Source of the DNA: Candidatus Zixiibacteriota bacterium
GTDB lineage: Bacteria > Zixibacteria > MSB-5A5 > UBA10806 > 4484-95
DNA: 64,000 bases
NCBI GenBank assembly: GCA_037441845.1
Contig: JBBIRK010000001.1
Location: 588,472-652,471 of the forward strand
Direction: 5' to 3'
Under the pieces are notes generated by a model. It had not been told where the DNA came from. It saw only the letters and a list, made by a program, of their open reading frames with translations, and ran no database searches. The position numbers and the translations under genes are program-made. Below are positions 59,946 to 64,000 of the stretch, piece after piece. Every line of letters starts with the position of its first letter. Position 1 is the first letter of the stretch.

Positions 59946-60923
59946 ATGATGGCCGACACACCGATCGAATCTACCCAGTCGGTGGATCTGAAAAAACGGT
60001 TTTTCAGACTCAACACCCTTATCGCGATAGCAGTCTCGCTGGCCGTAATATACCTTTTCGTCCGGCGATTCGATATCGGCGAGGCCCTGAACGTCTTATC
60101 GCGGCTTGATCCATTCGTATATATAGGCGCGGCGGTGGTTTTTTATTTGTCTCTTCCACTCCGCGGCGACCGCTGGTCGCGACTTCTCGGAGCCGCTGGA
60201 ATCAGGTTGCCGATTCTTGCTTTGAGCCGCTATTACTTTTTCGCTTGGTTCGCCAACTGCATTCTGCCGGCCCGGATCGGCGATCTGTATCGCGCTTACC
60301 TGCTCAAAAAAAATGATGGAACATCCTTTTCTCTATCGGTGGGCGTGCTTTTCTCGGAAAAAATTTTCGATATGGCCACGACCATCGCTTTAGTGCTTGT
60401 AGGCGGCGCCTTTTATTATCGCAGAATAGGTGATCCGGCGGTGCGCAACGCCCTTGCCAGGGGGATCGTGATTCTGGCGATACTCGTGGCGATTCTGGCT
60501 TTGCTGGCATGGCGCTCGAAAACAATGCAACGGCTGATACCGGAGCGCCTAAAGCGGTTTTATGTCTCATTCGACCGAGGGTTATTGCGCTCGTGGCGGT
60601 TGATTCCTCTGATTACGGCCGAAAGTTTGGTCATCTGGCTTTCGGAGGCGCTGCGCTTTTACCTTGTTTGTCTTGCTCTCGGAATCAAAATCGATTTTAT
60701 GCTCGCCGTATTCATCTCCCAAGCGGCCCTGGTGCTGATGAGCCTGCCCCTCACCCCAGCGGGGCTCGGTCTGGTGGAGCTGCTCATGTTTACGCTTCTG
60801 GGGCAAGCCGGGTTCGGCGGCGATCGGGCGGGCGCCGCAATTATCGCAGACCGCTTGATAAGTTTCTGGTCGTTGATTATATTGGGCGGCGTTCATTACC
60901 TGTTTTCGCCGAGGAGCCGATGA
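59946..60923 (+). CDS. Lysylphosphatidylglycerol synthase TM-domain / UPF0104 flippase-like protein
   Basis: RW..LL, FAN.ILPARIGDLYR, EKIFD, PLTPAGLGLVE, DRLISFW. Confidence 0.88.
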   Translation: MMADTPIESTQSVDLKKRFFRLNTLIAIAVSLAVIYLFVRRFDIGEALNVLSRLDPFVYIGAAVVFYLSLPLRGDRWSRLLGAAGIRLPILALSRYYFFAWFANCILPARIGDLYRAYLLKKNDGTSFSLSVGVLFSEKIFDMATTIALVLVGGAFYYRRIGDPAVRNALARGIVILAILVAILALLAWRSKTMQRLIPERLKRFYVSFDRGLLRSWRLIPLITAESLVIWLSEALRFYLVCLALGIKIDFMLAVFISQAALVLMSLPLTPAGLGLVELLMFTLLGQAGFGGDRAGAAIIADRLISFWSLIILGGVHYLFSPRSR

Positions 60924-61672
60924 AAAATATCCTGGTGTGTATCCCGACATTCAACGAAAAGGACAACGTGCGGCAGATTATCGAAGCCGTGTTGAGTCAG
61001 GGGCCGGATATCGAGGTGCTGATTATCGATGACAATTCCCCCGATGGGACCGCTCAGATCGTGCAACAGCTTGCCGCATCCGACAAGAGGATTCATCTTC
61101 TGCAACGTCCCGGCAAGATGGGGTTGGGAACGGCCTATATCGATGGTTTCAAATTCGGGCTGAATCTGCCCCAGATAGGATATCTTATGGAGATGGATGC
61201 CGATTTCTCGCACAATCCGGAGTATATCAAACTGTTCAGAGAACATGTCAAATCGGCGGATTTGGTTATAGGCTCGCGCTATTCCAATGGAATCAGCATA
61301 GTGAATTGGCCCATGGGGCGGCTTCTGCTTTCATATTTCGCCTCGATTTACGTCCGCTGGATAACCGGACTGCCGGTGATGGATCCTACCGGCGGATTCA
61401 AATGTTTCCGGCGCGAGCTGCTCGAATCCTTGCGCCTGGACAAGATCAAATCGAACGGTTATTGTTTCCAGATCGAGATGAGTTTTTACGCTTGGCGCGC
61501 GGGTTTCAAAATCAAGGAGATCCCGATCATATTCGTGGATCGGCGCGCCGGCACATCGAAAATGTCGGGCAGAATAGTTAGAGAGGCGATCTGGGGGGTA
61601 TGGCGTCTGTTTTTCATCAAAATCCTGCGTCGCGAAAAAACGGTCGTCATCAGAAAAAAGCACGTCGATTGA
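60920..61672 (+). CDS. Polyprenol monophosphomannose synthase (GT2, DPM1-like)
   Basis: True start ATG 60920 (GAGGAG RBS); IPTFNE, DDNSPDGT, GLGTAY, MDADFSH, GSRY, GYCFQIE. Confidence 0.92.
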   Translation: MKNILVCIPTFNEKDNVRQIIEAVLSQGPDIEVLIIDDNSPDGTAQIVQQLAASDKRIHLLQRPGKMGLGTAYIDGFKFGLNLPQIGYLMEMDADFSHNPEYIKLFREHVKSADLVIGSRYSNGISIVNWPMGRLLLSYFASIYVRWITGLPVMDPTGGFKCFRRELLESLRLDKIKSNGYCFQIEMSFYAWRAGFKIKEIPIIFVDRRAGTSKMSGRIVREAIWGVWRLFFIKILRREKTVVIRKKHVD

Positions 61673-61675
61673 TTC

Positions 61676-62500
61676 ATGAATTCGGACACCATCAGAATCG
61701 TCATCGTCCTGCTGATGCTGGTCGCTGTCTATTTGCCGGTCCTGAAAGACCTTGTTTTCGATTGGTACACCGACTCCAATTATTCGCATGGATTTCTGGT
61801 AATACCGATCGCCGCCTATTTGCTTTATCGTGACAGCAAGAGATTCGAAAACGGCCGACGCATTCGTTGGCCCGGGACGGTCTTGCTTGTCGGCGGGCTG
61901 GTTTTATTGGTTTTGGGCAGCGCCGCAGCCGAATTTTTCACGGTGCGCTTTTCGTTCGTTGTCTGCCTTACGGGTATCGGGATTTTTACACTCGGCTGGA
62001 GCAATTTCAAAAAGAGCTGGTTTGCCTTTTTCTTTCTTTTGTTCATGGTTCCGATACCGGCGATTTTTTATTATTCGGCCACCATGCCCATGCAACTTTT
62101 TTCGAGCAGCCTCGCCAATCAGGCTATCAGCGCCGTCGGCATCGAATCCGTCCGCACCGGGAACATAATAAATCTGCCCAACTACCGGCTGGAGGTGATC
62201 GAAGCCTGCAGCGGTCTGCGATCGTTGATCACCCTGATCGCCTTGGGAGCGCTTTATGCCAAACTTACGCTTGGGGGTTTCTGGAGGCCGTTGGTTCTGG
62301 TTCTGGCGGCGATTCCGATCGCTATTGCGGCCAACGTATTTCGCATATTCGTGACCGGGTTCGGCGCCCATTATATCAGCCCGAAACTGGCGGATGAATT
62401 TTTGCATGAGGTTTCCGGAATTCTCGTATTTTTAAGCGCGCTTTTAATGATTTTCGTTTTAGGAAAATTATTGGGATGGAACGCAAACCGTTCTTCTTGA
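61676..62500 (+). CDS. Exosortase (EpsH family)
   Basis: YSHGFLV, FMVPIP, catalytic EACSGLR, ANVFR, His in FLHE. Confidence 0.93.
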   Translation: MNSDTIRIVIVLLMLVAVYLPVLKDLVFDWYTDSNYSHGFLVIPIAAYLLYRDSKRFENGRRIRWPGTVLLVGGLVLLVLGSAAAEFFTVRFSFVVCLTGIGIFTLGWSNFKKSWFAFFFLLFMVPIPAIFYYSATMPMQLFSSSLANQAISAVGIESVRTGNIINLPNYRLEVIEACSGLRSLITLIALGALYAKLTLGGFWRPLVLVLAAIPIAIAANVFRIFVTGFGAHYISPKLADEFLHEVSGILVFLSALLMIFVLGKLLGWNANRSS

Positions 62501-63111
62501 TTACCTTGCTTATAATAATCGCCGGCATCTACAGTTGGTATCTGCGCTATGTCGAGGTCCGCCCTGGGGAATCAGTCGATTTTTCGACGATCCCGTTGCA
62601 GAAGGAAGATTGGCAGGGCAGACCCGTTGAACGCAGCCCGGAAGAGCTGGAGATCCTGCGCGCCAACGAAATTTTTTCGGCGCTCTATGAGCGTCCGGCC
62701 TCATCGGCGGTGGATCTTTTTATAGCCTATTTCACCTCGCAAAAATACGGATCATCGATTCACTCGCCGCGGAATTGCCTGCCGGGGTCGGGCTGGACCA
62801 TCTATAATATCCGCAAAGAGAAAATCGATCTTGATGGTTTAAGCCTCGATATAAATAAAATGATTATCGGTCAAAGGGGTCAGCGTCTTATGGTGTATTA
62901 TTGGTATTTGACACGTGCCGGCGAAACCGACAGCGAACTGGGTCTGAAAGCACATTTGATAAAAAACTCGCTGGCCGGCAAACCGACCGATGGGGCACTG
63001 ATAAGATTGACCGCTTTTCTGCCGGACGGTTTCCTCGACAATCCCGATCTGATCGCCTTCATGAAAATATTCGTTAAAGATATATATAGCGCCTTGCCCT
63101 TACAAAGATGA
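62476..63111 (+). CDS. Exosortase-associated EpsI family protein
   Basis: IHSPRNCLPGSGW, VYYWY, DGALIR. Confidence 0.9.
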   Translation: MERKPFFLITLLIIIAGIYSWYLRYVEVRPGESVDFSTIPLQKEDWQGRPVERSPEELEILRANEIFSALYERPASSAVDLFIAYFTSQKYGSSIHSPRNCLPGSGWTIYNIRKEKIDLDGLSLDINKMIIGQRGQRLMVYYWYLTRAGETDSELGLKAHLIKNSLAGKPTDGALIRLTAFLPDGFLDNPDLIAFMKIFVKDIYSALPLQR

Positions 63112-63160
63112 CAATATATATTATTGCCCGTTGAGCTCATAACGGAGAAGGAGTGTAAGG

Positions 63161-63829
63161 ATGAAAAAAGCTATTTTGGCCGCCGCTATTATCCTTTTGG
63201 TGATTTCCGCCTCATATGGGCAGAACTATTGGCATATCAAGACTTCCTTGCAAGGGGTGTTCGCATCCCCGGCAGATAGCAAGGGAGCCGCTTTGGGAGC
63301 GGGGTTGGTGGCGTCGTTCGGTCCGCCCGATGCCAGATATGAGGTCGGTTTCGAGGTACGGAAATGGTTTCGTGATTATACGGTCTTCGATCCTTTGATG
63401 AAGGCATATTCTGACAGCGGCATTCTGCGCGTGGAGGGCCTGCCCGACGGGGACCCGATCGATAAGTCCGATGGCCAATCCAATTACGATGACAGCGGCT
63501 TGTCGTTCGCGACTTTGTTCAAATATCGATTCTTTGAGTTAACTCCGAGTATTGGCATCTATTCCGGCGCCGGAACCGGTATGTATTTCATCCAGGCCAA
63601 GCGCGAGAAAGTCGTCCAGAATCAGCGCACCGGATTCTGGTATATCGAAAAAGAGGACTACTACCTCGAAACCAAGATTCAGGTGTTGATGTTAACGGGC
63701 GTCGATGGGAAGATTACCGCTAAGCTCGATTATTTCCTCGAGGGCCGGTTTACCTATATCGCCGATTGGGATAGGTGGGATGACCCCTATGTATTCGATG
63801 GAAGTGTCGGTCTTCGCTACAATTTTTAG
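63161..63829 (+). CDS. Outer-membrane beta-barrel protein (OmpA-like transmembrane)
   Basis: Signal peptide, amphipathic strands, terminal VGLRYNF. Confidence 0.75.
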   Translation: MKKAILAAAIILLVISASYGQNYWHIKTSLQGVFASPADSKGAALGAGLVASFGPPDARYEVGFEVRKWFRDYTVFDPLMKAYSDSGILRVEGLPDGDPIDKSDGQSNYDDSGLSFATLFKYRFFELTPSIGIYSGAGTGMYFIQAKREKVVQNQRTGFWYIEKEDYYLETKIQVLMLTGVDGKITAKLDYFLEGRFTYIADWDRWDDPYVFDGSVGLRYNF

Positions 63830-63893
63830 CAGGCAAAATCCATAACGATTTCGGTAACCGTTCCGATCGATTCGGGGCGGTTTTTCCATCATT

Positions 63894-63919
63894 AAAAAGG
63901 GCGCCCTAAGGGGCGCCCT
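63894..63919 (-). terminator. Terminator for the convergent minus-strand gene
   Basis: AAAAAGGGCGCCC-TAA-GGGGCGCCCT hairpin. Confidence 0.65.
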
Positions 63920-63944
63920 CATATTTGCCGCATTCGGCTTTGGA

Positions 63945-64000
63945 CTACGCCATTTGGGCCTTGATTTGGGCGATTTGGTTGGAGCTGATGATTTTGTTGA
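63945..64000 (-). CDS. 3' end of an unidentified gene truncated by the window
   Basis: ...NKIISSNQIAQIKAQMA* followed by a terminator hairpin. Confidence 0.35.
   Translation of the reverse strand, partial: NKIISSNQIAQIKAQMA

Noticed and set aside
60509..60919. N-terminal extension of the GT2 ORF
   Set aside because: Overlaps the flippase-like gene out of frame; a good RBS and start exist at 60920.

Overview
Bacterial chromosomal window around the replication/partition region: dnaA, dnaN, a frameshifted recF, coaX, parAB with two parS sites, rsmG-mnmG-mnmE, and a complete tmRNA gene. These housekeeping genes are interleaved with many large secreted multidomain proteins. The TBDR-PorV pair, T9SS type-A C-terminal domains and repeated dockerin-like tails suggest an FCB-superphylum organism, most likely Zixibacteria-like (inference). 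The main signal is a dual C-terminal addressing scheme. Five unrelated secreted proteins end in a Cys-containing dockerin-like module that is near-invariant in four of them. Five others end in a T9SS CTD. No protein has both, and paralogous cargoes (two S8 proteases, three LVIVD propellers) occur with alternative anchors. This hints at a non-cellulolytic, cellulosome-like surface complex; no cohesin is visible in the window. Other items: a structured dnaA leader, a candidate oriC, an A_AAA_AAG frameshift in recF, convergent S8 paralogs bracketing an inverted dnaN-recF block, a poly-G promoter spacer ahead of a decayed gene, a structured element after tmRNA, and an exosortase/EpsI plus polyprenol-P-mannose synthase locus. 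All calls come from motif recognition by eye; no database searches were run.
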